Shown: positions 51,401 to 63,825 of the stretch, piece after piece | Position numbering within the stretch: position 1 is the stretch's first letter | Layout of the letters: every line of letters starts with the position of its first letter | Notes under the pieces: generated by a model | What the model saw: the letters and a program-made list of their open reading frames with translations, nothing else | Database searches by the model: none | Told to the model about the DNA's origin: nothing | Assembly: GCA_030390025.1 (NCBI GenBank) | Contig: CM059438.1 | Span: 59,398,001 to 59,462,000 of the forward strand | Origin: Squalus acanthias | Taxonomy: Eukaryota | Length of the DNA: 64,000 bases | Direction: 5' to 3' | Translations under genes and position numbers: made by a program

Positions 51401-54400
51401 GGAGCGCTGCACTGTTGCAGGGGCAGTACTGAGGGAGCGCTGCACTGTCGGAGGGGCAGTACTGAGGGAGCGCTGCACTGTCGGAGGAGCAGTACTGAGG
51501 GAGTGCTGCACTGTCGGAGGGGCAGTACTGAGGGAGCGCTGCACTGTCAGAGGGTCAGTACTGAGGGAGCGCTGCACAGTCGAAGAGGCAGTACTTATGG
51601 AGCGCTGCACTGTCAGAGCGGCAGTACTGAGGGAGCACTGCACTGTCAGAGGGGCTTTTCTGAGGGAGTGCTGCACTGTCGAAGGGGCAGTACTGAGGGA
51701 GCGCTGCACCGTCGAGGGGCAGTACTGAGGGAGCGCTGCACTGTCGAGGGGCAGTACTGAGGGAGTGCAGCACTGTCGGAGGGACAGTACTAAGGGTGCG
51801 CTGCACTGTCGAGGGGCAGTACTGAGGGAGTGCGGCACAGTCGGAGGGGCAGTACTGAGGGAGCTCTGCACTGTCGGAGGGGCAGTACTGAGGGAGCGCT
51901 GCACTGTCGAAGGGCCAGTACTGAGGGAGCACTGCACTGTCAGAGGGTCAGTACTGAGGGAGTGCTGCACTGTCGGAGGGGCTGTACTGAGGGAGCGCTG
52001 CACCGTCGAGGGGCAGTACTGAGGGAGCGCTGCGCTGTCGAGGGACAGTACTGAGGGAGTGCAGCACTGTCGGAGGGACAGTACAAAGGGAGCGCTGCAC
52101 TGTCGAGGGGCAGTACTGAGGGAGCTCTGCACTGTCGGAGGGGCAGTACTGAGGGAGCGCTGCACTGTCAGAGGGTCAGTACTGAGGGAGCTCTGCATTG
52201 TCAGAGGGGCAGTACTGAGGGAGTGCTGCACTGTCGGAAGAGCAGTACTGAGGGAGCTCTGCACTGTTGGAGGGGCAGTACTGAGGGAGCGCTGCACTGT
52301 CAGAGGGGCAGTACTGAGGGAGCGCTGCACTGTCAGTGGGGCAGTACTGAGGGAGAGCTGCACTGCCAGAGGGGCAGTACTGAGGGAGCGCTGCACTGTC
52401 AGAGGGGCAGTACTGAGGGAGTGCTGCACTGTCAGAGGGGCAGCACTGAGGGAGCGCTGCACTGTCGAGGGGCAGTACTGAGGGAGTGCGGCACAGTCGG
52501 AGGGGCAGTACTGAGGGAGCTCTGCACTGTCGGAGGGGCAGTACTGAGGGAGCGCTGCACTGTCGAAGGGCCAGTACTGAGGGAGCACTGCACTGTCAGA
52601 GGGTCAGTACTGAGGGAGTGCTGCACTGTCGGAGGGGCTGTACTGAGGGAGCGCTGCACCGTCGAGGGGCAGTACTGAGGGAGCGCTGCGCTGTCGAGGG
52701 ACAGTACTGAGGGAGTGCAGCACTGTTGGAGGGACAGTACTAAGAGAGCGCTGCACTGTCGAGGGGCAGGACTGAGGGAGCTCTGCACTGTCGGAGGGGC
52801 AGTACTGAGGGAGCGCTGCACTGTCAGAGGGTCAGTACTGAGGGAGCTCTGCATTGTCAGAGGGGCAGTACTGAGGGAGTGCTGCACTGCCACAGGGGCA
52901 GTACTGAGGGAGCGCTGCACTGTCAGAGGGGCAGTACTGAGGGAGTGCTGCACTGTCAGAGGGGCAGCACTGACGGAGCGCTGCACTGTCAGAGGGTCAG
53001 TACTGAGGGAGCTCTGCATTGTCAGTGGGGCAGTACTGAGGGAGAGCTGCACTGCCACAGGGGCAGTACTGAGGGAGCGCTGCACTGTCAGAGGGGCAGT
53101 ACTGAGGGAGTGCTGCACTGTCAGAGGGGCAGCACTGAGGGAGCGCTGCACTGTCGGAGGGGCAGTGCTGAGGGAGCGCTGCACTGTTGGAGGGGCAGTA
53201 CTGAGGGAGCGCTGCACTGTCGGAGGGGCAGTACTGAGGGAGCGCTGCACTGTCGGAGGAGCAGTACTGAGGGAGCGCTGCACTGTCGGGGGGCAGTACT
53301 GAGGGAGCGCTGCACTGTCGGAGGGTCAGTACTGAGGGAGCGCTGCACTGTCAGAGGGGCAGTACTGAGGGAGTGCTGCACTGTCAGAGGGGCAGCACTG
53401 AGGGAGCGCTGCACTGTCGGAGGGGCAGTGCTGAGGGAGCGCTGCACTGTCGGAGGGGCAGTACTGAGGGAGCTCTGCACTGTCGGAGGGGCAGTACTGA
53501 GGGAGCGCTGCACTGTCGGAGGATCAGTACTGAGGGAGCGCTGCACTGTCAGAGGGGCAGTACTGAGGGAGCGCTGCACTGTCAGAGGGGCAGTACTGAG
53601 GGAGTGCTGCACTGTCAGAGGGGCAGCACTGAGGGAGCGCTGCACTGTCGGAGGGGCAGTGCTGAGGGAGCGCTGCACTGTTGCAGGGGCAGTACTGAGG
53701 GAGCGCTGCACTTTCGGAGGGGCAGTACTGAGGGAGGGCTGCACTGTCGGAGGGGCAGTACTGAGGGAGCGCTGCACTGTCAGAGCGGCAGTACTGAGGG
53801 AGCACTGCACTGTCAGAGGGGCTTTTCTGAGGGAGTGCTGCACTGTCGAAGGGGCAATACTGAGGGAGCGCTGCACCGTCGAGGGGCAGTACTGAGGGAA
53901 CGCTGCGCTAGTGAGGGGCAGTACTGAGGGAGTGCAGCACTGTCGGAGGGACAGTACTAAGGGAGCGCTGCACTGTCGAGGGGCAGTACTGAGGGAGTGC
54001 GGCACACTCGGAGGGGCAGTACTGAGGGAGCTCTGCACTGTCGGAGGGGCAGTACTGAGGGAGTGCTGCACTGTCGAAGGGCCAGTACTGAGGGAGCACT
54101 GCACTGTCAGAGGGTCAGTACTGAGGGAGTGCTGCACTGTCGGAGGGGCTGTACTGAGGGTGCGCTGCACCGTCGAGGGGCAGTACTGAGGGAGCGCTGC
54201 GCTGTCGAGGGGCAGTACTGAGGGAGTGCAGCACTGTCGGAGGGACAGTACTAAGGGAGCGCTGCACTGTCGAGGGGCAGTACTGAGGGAGCTCTGCACT
54301 GTCGGAGGGGCAGTACTGAGGGAGCACTGCACTCTCAGATGGGCAGTACCAAGGGAGCGCCGCACTGTCAGAGGGTCAGTAGTGAGGGAGCTCTGCACTG

Positions 54401-56419
54401 TCGGAGGGGCTGTACTGAGGGAGCGCTGCTCTGTCAGAGGGTCAGTACTGAGGGAGCTCTGCACTGTCGGAGGGGCAGTACTGAGGGAGCTCTGCACTGT
54501 CAGAGGGGCAGTACTGAGGGAGCTGTGCACTGTCGGAGGGGCAGTACTGAGGGAGCTCCGCACTGTCGGAGGGGCAGTACTGAGGGAGCTCTGCACTGTC
54601 GGAGGGGCAGTACTGATGGAGTGCTGCACTGTCAGAGGGGCAGTACCGACAAGCGCCACACTATCGGAGGGGCAGTACTGAGGGAGCTCTACACTGTTAG
54701 AGGGGCAGTACTGAGGGAGTGCTGCACTGTCGGAGGGGCAGTGCTGAGGGAGTGCTGCACTGCCTGAGGGACAGTACCAAGGGAGCGCCGCACTGTCGGA
54801 GGGGCAGTACTGAGGGAGCGCTGCACTGTCAGAGGGGCAGTACCGATGGAGCACCACACTGTCGGAGGGGCAGTACTGAGGGAGCTCTACACTGTTAGAG
54901 GGGCAGTACTGAGGGAGCGCTGCACTGTCAGAGGGGCAGTGCTGAGGGAACGCTGCACTGTCGAAGGGGCAGTACTGATGGAGTGCTGCACATTCAGAGG
55001 TGCAGTACTGAGGGAGCGCTGCACCGTCGAGGGGCAGTACTGAGGGAGTGCAGCACTGTCGGAGGGACAGTACTAAGGGAGCGCTGCACTGTTGAGGGGC
55101 AGTACTGAGGGAGTGCGGCACTGTCGGAGGGGCAATACTGAGGGAGCTCTGCACTGACGGAGGGGCAGTACTGAGGGAGCGCCGCACTGTCAGAGGGTCA
55201 GTACTGAGGGAGCTCTGCACTGTCGGAGGGGCTGTACTGAGGGAGCACTGCACTGTCAGAGGGGCAGTGCTGAGGGAACGCTGCACTGTTGGAGGGGCAG
55301 TACTGAGGGAGCTCTGCACTGTCGGAGGAGCAGTTCTGAGGGAACTCTGCACTGTTAGAGGGGCAGTACTGAGGGAGTGCTGTACTGTCGAAGGGGCAGT
55401 ACTGAGGGAGTGCTGCACATTCAGACGTGCAGTACTGAGGGAGCGCTGCACCGTCGAGGGGCAGTACTGAGGGAGTGCAGCACTGTCGGAGGGACAGTAA
55501 TAAGGGAGCGCTGCACTGTCGAGGGGCATTACTGAGGGAGCGCTGCACTGTCAGAGGGGCAGTACCGAGGGAGTGCCGCACTGTCGGAGGGTCAGCACTG
55601 AGGGAGCTCTGCACTGTCGGAGGGGCTGTACTGAGGGAGCGCTGCACTGTCGGAGGGGCAGTACTGAGGGAGCTCTGCACTGTCAGAGGGGCAGTACTGA
55701 GGGAGCGCTGCACTGTCAGAGGGGCAGTGCAGAGGGAGCGCCACACTGTCGGAGGGGCAGTACTGAGGGAGCGCTGCACTGTCAGAGGGGCAGTGCAGAG
55801 GGAGCGCCACACTGTCGGAGGGGCACTACTGACGGAGCACCACACTGTCGGAGGGGCAGTACTGAGGGAGTGCTGCACTGTCAGAGGGGCAGTACTGAGG
55901 GAGCGCCGCACTGTCAGAGGGGCAGTACTGAGGGAGCGCTGCACTGTCAGAGGGGCAGTACTGAGGGAGCGCTGCACTGTCAGAGGGTCAGTACTGAGGG
56001 AGCGCTGCACTGTCAGAGGGGCAGTACTGAGGGAGCGCTGCCCCGTCAGAGGGGCAGTACTGAGGGAGTGCTGCACTGTCGGAGATTACGTCTTTCAGTT
56101 GAGACGTTAAACCAAGTCACAGTCTGCTCTCTCAGGTGGACATAAAAGATCCCACGGCACTATTGGAAGAAGAGCAGGGGAGTTCTCCCTGGTGTCCTGG
56201 CCAATATTTATCCCTCAACCAACATCACCAAAAACAGATTATCTGGTCTTTATCTCATTTCTGTTTGTGGGAGCTTGCTGTGCGCAATATTAGCTGCTGC
56301 ATTTCCTACATTACAACAGTGACTGCACTTCAAACGTATTTCATTGGCTGCAAAGCGCTTTCGGACGTCCTGAGGTTGTGAAGGGCACTAAATAAATGCA
56401 ACTCTTTCTTTCTTTCTTT
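39428..56419 (+). mobile_element. DeuSINE copy split by a 16.5-kb internal satellite (head 39428-39522, body and tail 56085-56419)
   Basis: The head has a B box (GATTCAAGTCCC). After the array the sequence resumes at CGTCTTTCAGTTGAGACGTTAAACC, exactly where the intact copy (57771 onward) continues. Confidence 0.92.
39523..56084. repeat. 33-bp satellite, consensus AGTACTGAGGGAGCGCTGCACTGTCGGAGGGGC (~500 units, some 32-bp variants)
   Basis: Directly visible; gives an 11-aa periodicity in the ORF track. Confidence 0.99.
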
Positions 56420-56599
56420 GTTAACCCCATAAAATCGAAATAAAATGAGTCTGGTGACCTCAACCCAGTTTTCAGTCCACACTATTTAACAGCACGAAAC
56501 AGGCCAAAGTTTGACAAGAGCAGGGAGTAAATGAGTAAGGATGGCTACGGTCAGTGGAAATGTCACACGCGGGGCACAATGTGTGTATACTGCTCTCAC

Positions 56600-56773
56600 A
56601 CTTTCTCATTGTTCCACGGTTTCTGACAGGAATGGGTTTGTTAGAAGCAATGAGCCTGTCTGTCATCTCATACTCTCCTGAAGCATGTTGTTGGGCCAGT
56701 ACAGCAGGTTTTATATTATTCATCTGAAAGTTCCATTCTCCAGCAGTGTCATTTATCACAGGCCTGGAGAAAC
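56600..56773 (-). CDS. Weak candidate host exon (174 bp, phase 1-1)
   Basis: Acceptor aaattgcAG|GT and donor AAGT|GTGAGA inside open frame 56472-56858 (GFSRPVINDTAGEW...GTMRK), in unique sequence. Confidence 0.25.
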
Positions 56774-57171
56774 CTGCAATTTTAGCAACAACAGGAGTTA
56801 TTACAGAGGCGTTGTGCGGCAATGCATAAAGGCAGCTAAATAATACTGAAAGAATCACAATGTATGACCTAGTTATGACTGAGTCAAAGCAAGGACTGCA
56901 CTGATCTTTTCTGATATGTTACCAGTTAGCAGATGTAAACCGTAATCAGCCGAGCTGGAATTGTTCGAATCAGAGTACAAGTTGTGTTCTGCTTTGCTGC
57001 TGTTATGTGGATTTTCATGCTACTGGCTTATGTTAATTAGGCACATAGGGACAAGAGCAGGCCATTCAGCCCCTTGAGCCTGTTCCGTCATTCAATTAGA
57101 TCAAGGCTGATCTGCATCTTAACTCCATCTACCCGCCTTGGTTAATACCCTTCCCTAACAAAAATCTATCA

Positions 57172-57306
57172 GTTCTGGAGAAAGGTCATCGACCTGAACC
57201 GTTAACTCTGTTTCTCTCTCCACAGATGCTGCCTGACCCGCTGAGTCTTTCCAGCATTTTCTGTTTTTATTTCAGATTTCCAGCATCCGCAGTATTTGGC
57301 TTTTGG
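57172..57306 (+). mobile_element. Short Penelope pLTR-derived insert with a degenerate hammerhead core
   Basis: Near-identical to 39291-39392. Flanked by AAAAATCTATCA and AAAAATCTAACA. Confidence 0.7.
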
Positions 57307-57624
57307 AAAAATCTAACAATCTCAGTTTAGAAATTTTCAATTGACCGCCAGCCTCAACAGCTTTTTGGGGGAGAGAGTTCCAGATTTCCACTACCCTTTG
57401 TGTGAAGAAGTGCTTCCTGACATCACCCCTGAACAGCCTGGCTCTAATTTTAAGATTATGCCCCTTGTTCTGGACTCCCCCCACCAGAGGAAATCGTTTC
57501 TCTCTATCGACCCTATCAACTCCTTTAATCATCTTAAATACCTCAATTGGATCACCCCTTAATCATCTATACTCCATGGAATTCAAGCCTAGTCTATGCA
57601 GCCAGTCATCATATTTTAACCCTC

Positions 57625-58092
57625 GAGTGTCAGCTGTGACTCAGTGGGTAGCACACTCGCCTCTGAGTCAGAAAGGTTGTGGGTTCAAGTCCCGCTCCAG
57701 GGACTTGAGCACACAATCCAGGCTGACACTCCAGTGCAGTGCTGAGGGAGCGCTGCACTGTCGGAGGTGCCGTCTTTCAGATGAGACGTTAAACCGAGGC
57801 CCCATCTGCTCTCTCAGGTGGATGTAAAAGATCCAATGGCACTATTTTGAAGAAGAGCAGGGGAGTTATCCCCGGTGTCCTAGGCCAATATTTCTCCCTC
57901 AACCAACATGACAAAAACAGATTATCTGGTCATTATCACATTGCTGTTTTTGGGAGCTTGCTGTGCGCAAATTGGCTGCCGCGTTTCCCACATTACAACA
58001 GTGACTCCACTTCAAAAGTACTTCATTGTAAAGCGCTTTGAGATGTCCGGTGGTTGTGAAAGACGCGATAGAAATGCAAGACTTTCTTTCTT
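57625..58092 (+). mobile_element. Full-length tRNA-derived DeuSINE (SacSINE1-like)
   Basis: A box TGACTCAGTGG and B box GGTTCAAGTCC. Deu-domain-like GATGAGACGTTAAACCGAGG...GGCACTATTTTGAAGAAGAGCAGGGG...CCCGGTGTCCT, then an L2-like tail and (TTTC)n. Confidence 0.9.
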
Positions 58093-58750
58093 ACTGAGCC
58101 CTGATATCATTCTGGTGAATCTGTGCTGCAGCCTCTCTAAATCTCTCCCGAGGTGTGGCACCTAGAGCTGAACCCAGTGCTCCAGATGTGGTCTAACCAG
58201 AGCTTGAAACAACTGGAGCATAACTTCCTCCCCTTTGTATTCCAGCTCCCTTGAGATGAAGGCTAACATTCCATTAGCCTTTTTAATGATTGAATTGTTA
58301 ATGTCATTCCTATGGGAGTGATTTTAGTCTTCTACCAATCCCTTCAGGCTAAAAATCAGATGATTTTTTTGAAGCTCCTACCTCCCACTGGCCACCCAAG
58401 ACCCACCCAACTTGATTGTCGAGCGAGCCTGGAAGAGGGTGGTCAACTGTCCCACCCGCACCAGACGAGAGCCTTATTTCAATATTCAAATCGAGGACCT
58501 GCACAGGTCACCAGGCCCCCCGCGCAATTGTCAGGTGATCACTGCCCCTGCCCCTCCCTCTCCCCCACCGCTCCCCCCATGTGCCAGATCACTGAACATC
58601 GACCCCTGTCTGGTTTCTCCAGTCAGGCAGCACAATCAAAACCTTGCCCAGTGTAAGGACAGCTTTCACCACATTTAGCAATTCAGACCTCTTTGGCCTA
58701 AAAAGGGATTTCAGGTTATTTTCAATGATGATGCTGTTATGAAGTAATCC

Positions 58751-58949
58751 TCTCCGCCTCGCTACCTCTCTTTCCTCCTTTAAGACGCTCCTTAAAACCT
58801 ACCTCTTTGACCAAGCTTTTGGTCACCTGCCCTAATTTATCCTTATGTGGCTCGGTGTCAAACTTTTTGTCTTATAATACACCTGTGCAGCGCCTTGGGA
58901 TGTTTTACTACGTTAAAGGCGCTATATAAATACAAGTTGTTGTTGTTGC
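58751..58949 (+). mobile_element. L2-type LINE 3' end
   Basis: Near-identical to 38560-38758, including the (GTT)n tail. Confidence 0.88.
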
Positions 58950-58999
58950 TGAAGTTAAATACTCTTTCACAGAGGGTTAAATCCCAGACACGCATAAGT

Positions 59000-60061
59000 T
59001 ACCTGGGATGCTGCACAGAGAAAAGTAGTTGCAATATTAGACATCACGCATACCAGATTAGTTTGAGATAATGGGGAGTGTCCACTACCTCCGTGATATA
59101 TTCGCACCTGTAATGTTAGAATGGCCTCCATTCATTGAGCTCAATGGGTGGAACTAAACAGCCAATATAACTGTCATGGGAAGGAGGGAGGGAGTATCCT
59201 CGTTTCATTATTGACATTTCAGTCAGCCAAACTCCACTGCAGAGAGCTGGGGGAAGGGCACAGATTACGTATACTTGGCAGGAGGTGCATGTCTGCAACC
59301 GCCAAATAGAGATAGAGGCATCTTGCTTTTTCACCAGCCAGAGGAAGGCTGCAATAGGCTCCCGGTTGAGGCACGAACACATGCATCCTGTTATAGAAAA
59401 GTTGAGCTCCAGTCAGTGATATTGGCTCATAAAGTCAAGTAGGCCCACATCAAGGGCAAAGTTTGGTGGATTATTTTTGATGTTAACGGACTGTGAAAAC
59501 GGTATTCCGTTCAGTCGTGTATTTCATGGACAATAAAGCAGGCTGGGCACAGCAGGGGTCTCGCCAAACAGGCAATATAATCGTGTCATGACCGCGCACT
59601 TGGGCGAGGTGGGGTTCGTTGGTTTACAATTGACTTTGTAGCACTGGAGTCTTGGTCAGTCTGCCCTCGGGGAGACAGGAGAAATGTTCGTGGGATGTGT
59701 GTGAGATTACGGAATCCAGTGCACACAACAAGGAGTCTGTCTTATTGTTATGGCCCCAGGTCACAGAATTATTCAACAAAGATACTGGGCAGTAGAGATA
59801 CACCCCTGATCATAGAGAACGTGGGGTCCACTTACAGGCGTGACCGGTGATACGGAACCTGACAGACTATCCAGCGCAGACCCAGCACCAGTTCGTCTCG
59901 TTACTCATTGTTCTAACTTACTCAGACAAGTTGTCCATTTACACTAGCTTATTGTTTCCATGTTATTTCCTATTATGGCCAAAATATCTGGTTCAAACAT
60001 CAGCATTCTTTACCCACGATATCAGTCAGAAGTGTCAAAGTATAATTGTTGTAAAGGGCAT
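59000..60061 (-). pseudogene. Possible decayed retroviral env (gamma-type SU) remnant
   Basis: The minus strand reads NKLV*MDNLSE*VRTMSNETNWCWVCAG (CWVC at 59887-59876), then CALP...LPP.....IGCLVPPI. Many stops. Confidence 0.4.
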
Positions 60062-60812
60062 GTGTGTCAGTGTGGTCTTTGCTGCAATGTGTGGGGCAGC
60101 CTGGAATGCCTGAGACTGCAGAGAAACACAGCTGGGCCAGCCTAACCAGGTCCCTGCCCTTATAGGGTAGGGCCTTCACGTCACCTGCCAGAGTTACAGC
60201 GGCGAGACCCGCAGAACCCCCATGGTTCTCGGAGGCAATCTCTATTTCTCTACGGAACTCTCGCTTTTGCTGCAGCCCCTCTGTTGCCTTGTGTGAGTAT
60301 ATTCTCTCACTATTTATCTCAGCTCAGCTTTCTGCCTCTGTTCCAGCTTAATTGACCTTGCTCTCCCTCTCTAGTCTCCAGCACTCTCTTGCCAGATTAG
60401 TTTGATTCCTTCCCCCCAGTATTTACCACCTGACAGATAAGTTGGCCACGTCAGTTATGCTGGGTCTCCACTCCACTTGCTAACTGGAGTTGCTGAACTT
60501 GCACTCACTAAAATGGATGGAGCTGACTGACAAATGAAGACTGTAGCATCTCAGCTCAAAGGAAGTGGGCGCGTGGAATAACCAGCCCCCGTCATTTAGA
60601 AACCCTTCGATGGGATGGGTCTATGAAGTGTGATGAACAAGGGTCAGTTTTCCCCGGGCTCGGATATTCCCCGCCCACAGTACGTCTCTCGCACGAGTGA
60701 GTAAATCAGTAACCACAAAGTGCGACACCATTCCACAGCACTTCCATGTTATGTCACCACCAGTCACTCAAGAATAAAACCGCATCTGAGACTCAATGTC
60801 TGGGCAAGGTCA

Positions 60813-61218
60813 GACAACAACAGCAACCTGTATTTATCTAGCGCCTTTAACCTAGTAAAACGCCTCAAGGTGCTTCACAGGAGCGTTATCAGACAAAATT
60901 TGACACCGAGCCACATAAAGAGATATTAGTGCAGATGCCCAAAAGCTTGGCCAAAAAGGTAGGTTTTAAGGAGTGTCTTAAAGGAGGAGAGAGAGGTAGC
61001 GAGGCGGAGAGGTTTAGGGAGGGAATTCCAGAGCTTAGGGCCGAGGCAGCTGAAGGCCAGGCCACCAATGGTTGAGCGATTATAATTGGGGATGTACAAG
61101 AGGCCAGAAATGGAGGAGCGCAGATATCTCGGAGGGTTGTGGGGCTGGAGGAGATAACAGAGAAAGGGAGGGGAGAGACCATCGAGTGATTTGAAAACAA
61201 GGATGAGAGTTTTACAAT
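60813..61218 (-). mobile_element. L2-type LINE 3' fragment, antisense
   Basis: Reverse complement of the 38355-38758 type sequence, with a CAACAACAG tail. Confidence 0.87.
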
Positions 61219-61642
61219 GGCTGCACAACCATCACCAAGATCTAAGAATCAGAGCAGGAAATGCAGGAGGATGTGTGCAGAGAGTTCTCAGAATTATGGG
61301 TGTGAGCTGAGCATCACACAGGCCATGAAAATGTATTTTATTCATTTATAAAGCTCATTCAGGAAGCTGAGGTGAAAACTGGAAGTCCCCAGCTACTGAC
61401 CTCACTGATTGCTACAGATTATTAGCACTTCAATCAGGTCACACTTCCTCTTGTAGAATCAAGTGTTAGAGAGAAAGATGTCACCAAAACCTATCCATCT
61501 ACCGGATGCTGTATCTCAGCAAATGGCTCGTTTATTGATGAAACTGCAGCAAAAGCATGGAGTACAATTGGATTGATGGGCTGGTGGGTGAATGGGTACC
61601 ACTGGTTGTTAAAAACCACTGGCTATTGGCTGCTACTGGGTG

Positions 61643-61945
61643 TGCAGTACTGAGAGAGTGCTGCACTGTCGGAGGTGCCGCCTTTCGAATGAGACGTTAA
61701 ACCGAGGCCCCGTCTGCTCTCTCAGGCGGACGTAAAAGATCCCACGGCACTATTTCAAAGACGAGCAGGGGTGTTATCCCTGGTGTCCTGGGGCCAATAT
61801 TTATCCCTCAAAAAAATCACTAAAACAGATTATCTGGTCATTGTCACGGTGCTGTTTGTGGGATCTTGCTGTGTATAAAACAGCTGCTGCAGTTCCTACA
61901 TTACAGCAGTGACTACGCTCCAATAGCAGTGCATTGGCTGTAAAA
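61643..61945 (+). mobile_element. 5'-truncated DeuSINE
   Basis: Begins at GTGCAGTACTGAG and continues through the Deu-like core. Confidence 0.85.
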
Positions 61946-62051
61946 GCTCCTGTGTGTGCAGCCACACACACCTCCACCTGAGTGTGCAGGCGATCGCGGC
62001 CGCCTTGTCTGTGTGCTGACACTGAATTCCCTTCAGATCTGCCGAGTCTGT

Positions 62052-63746
62052 GGCCGGGATTTTGCTCACCTCGGCGGGTCCTGACCCCGCTGCTGGCTCC
62101 ATCCCACTCTGTGAAATGAACTCCCATTAATAGGGCTTGTTAAGCCCACCCAGCACGTCTCCCAGCCAATTAGAGGAAGCGGATCTGGTGACGTCATTTG
62201 ATGACTTGTCATCAGTCAGTTTCCTTAAAGGGACCATGTCCAAATTTATTTTGACATTTGTGCTGTCAGTGTTCTGCAGCATTGAGGTGCTGCAAACACT
62301 GACAAGCACTGCACAGAGGAGCACGGCTGCACCCAGGCTCTCCCATGACTCCCTCCATATGCTTATGGAGGGAGTCACAGCACACAGGGAGGTCCTCTTC
62401 CCTTCCCCTGGGCGGAAGAGACCTCCCCAGGAGATCAACGCAGCCTGGTTGCACATTGCACTGGAGGTCACAAGCAGCTATGTGGTCAGGAGGACCTGGG
62501 TGCAATGCTGCAAATGTTTCAATTATCTCAGTAGATCACGAAACGTTAATACAAAGCCACACTCAACCTCATCCTGTTGTGCCTCTCATCACGTCCCCAT
62601 CACTCTGCCTTCCCTCCCCTACTCCTGCACATCCTTATTTAAACCAACTTACCTTGCACCTCCACCCATCCCTCTCTCTGTATCTACATTATCACTTCCC
62701 CATCTCACTAGCCACCCCTCACACTCACCCTCATCCTACTGCAATCATGCCAGCTAGCAACACACAAGAGTAGCCACTTGGGTGTTTTATCCAATGTTCA
62801 TGTAAAGTTTCTGTTAATGTGGTGTCAAACATTGAAACCTTTATTTTCAACACTGCGTTCTTGGACAGATTTGTGTGCACCTTTGGAAGTGGCTTAGTGA
62901 GTTGCAGTGAATGGTGAGACATAACGGTACCCCTGCAATGGTAGTGAGTGTGAAAGGAATGGCTTGGACTTTGTAGGGATGCTTTATGATGTTGCTCAGG
63001 GGTGGTGCCAACCTGGCGCATCAGGTGGCAGCCAGGGTGTACAGCGGCAAGTGAATTAAATCTGGCAATGATGTGGCCATTCCTGGCATCCCGGGCAGCA
63101 ATGTGGTCGGGTGCTGGTGCCCTCTGTCCTGTGCAGCATCAGGTGATTGCGGAGAAGGTTGGTGTTGTGGTTGGTGCTGCTTGTGCACCTGGTGTTGGGG
63201 CTGATCGTGGTCGGATTCTGAAGACCAAGGTGAGAGTATAAAGAGCACCCATGTTGATGGAATAGATGGCAGGTGAAGTAGCGATGACAGAAGCATTCTG
63301 TCAATGGTGAGAGTGTTCTTCCAATGAAGTGACACTGGATGGAGAATGGAAAGTGGAAAGCCTGCAGAATCTGTGCTGGAAATGGACTGAGATACAGCTT
63401 GTGGCTGAGGAAAGTGATGACCTGTCAGGTGGGAGCGTTTACTGTACATTTGAAGCTATCAAGTAATCAGCTGGAGCAATGGTCACTGAACTCATGCCTC
63501 AGGTTGACAGCCGTGGTTCCTGAACAGCACGGTTCCTGTGGCCATGAAGTTAAAGTGATAAGATAAGTTAAAAAAGCCTGTTAATGATCTGTCAACCATA
63601 TGTTAATGAGATTAATTGGGTCCCCCGCCGCTGCCTGTTGGGTCTGCTCAGCGTTGACAGACCCGACATCGGGAAAGATGCATGGTGGCGGGTTGACAGC
63701 GGGGTTCCAACCCACTGTCAAAAAAAACACTTTCCCATCCCGACCC
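62052..63746. mobile_element. Deleted PIF/Harbinger derivative (Myb exon 1 remnant on +, transposase end remnants on -); right TIR not seen
   Basis: Left end GGCCGGGATTTT. AAPRLSHDSLHMLMEGV..HREVLFP...W..IA.EV.....RRTWVQC.K.FN.L at ~62326-62540. Minus strand DHIAARDARNGHIIARF at ~63055-63110. Confidence 0.75.
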
Positions 63747-63825
63747 GGGCTGGTGGGTTTATGGGCCGGTAGGAGAATGGGTACCACTGGTTGTTAAAAA
63801 CCACTAGTTATTGGCTGCTACTGGG

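Larger units (their letters stand above)
57040..58290 (-). mobile_element. CR1-type LINE 3' fragment (antisense), interrupted by a PLE-derived insert (57172-57306) and a SINE (57625-58092)
   Basis: Minus ORF ...KGHNLKIR...KHFFTQRVVEIWNSLP; continues after the SINE. Confidence 0.82.

Noticed and set aside
39433..56145. Dozens of long ORFs (up to 1004 aa) resembling mucin or Cys/His-repeat proteins
   Set aside because: They are translations of a 33-bp (11-codon) satellite that is open in several frames on both strands, and its SINE origin explains the sequence.
57625..57700. tRNA gene
   Set aside because: The A/B boxes belong to a SINE head that continues into the SINE body.
58310..58720. Another degraded Harbinger-type MITE (also a possible ~90-bp one at 36650-36738)
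   Set aside because: The ends are too decayed to define TIRs or TSDs by eye.
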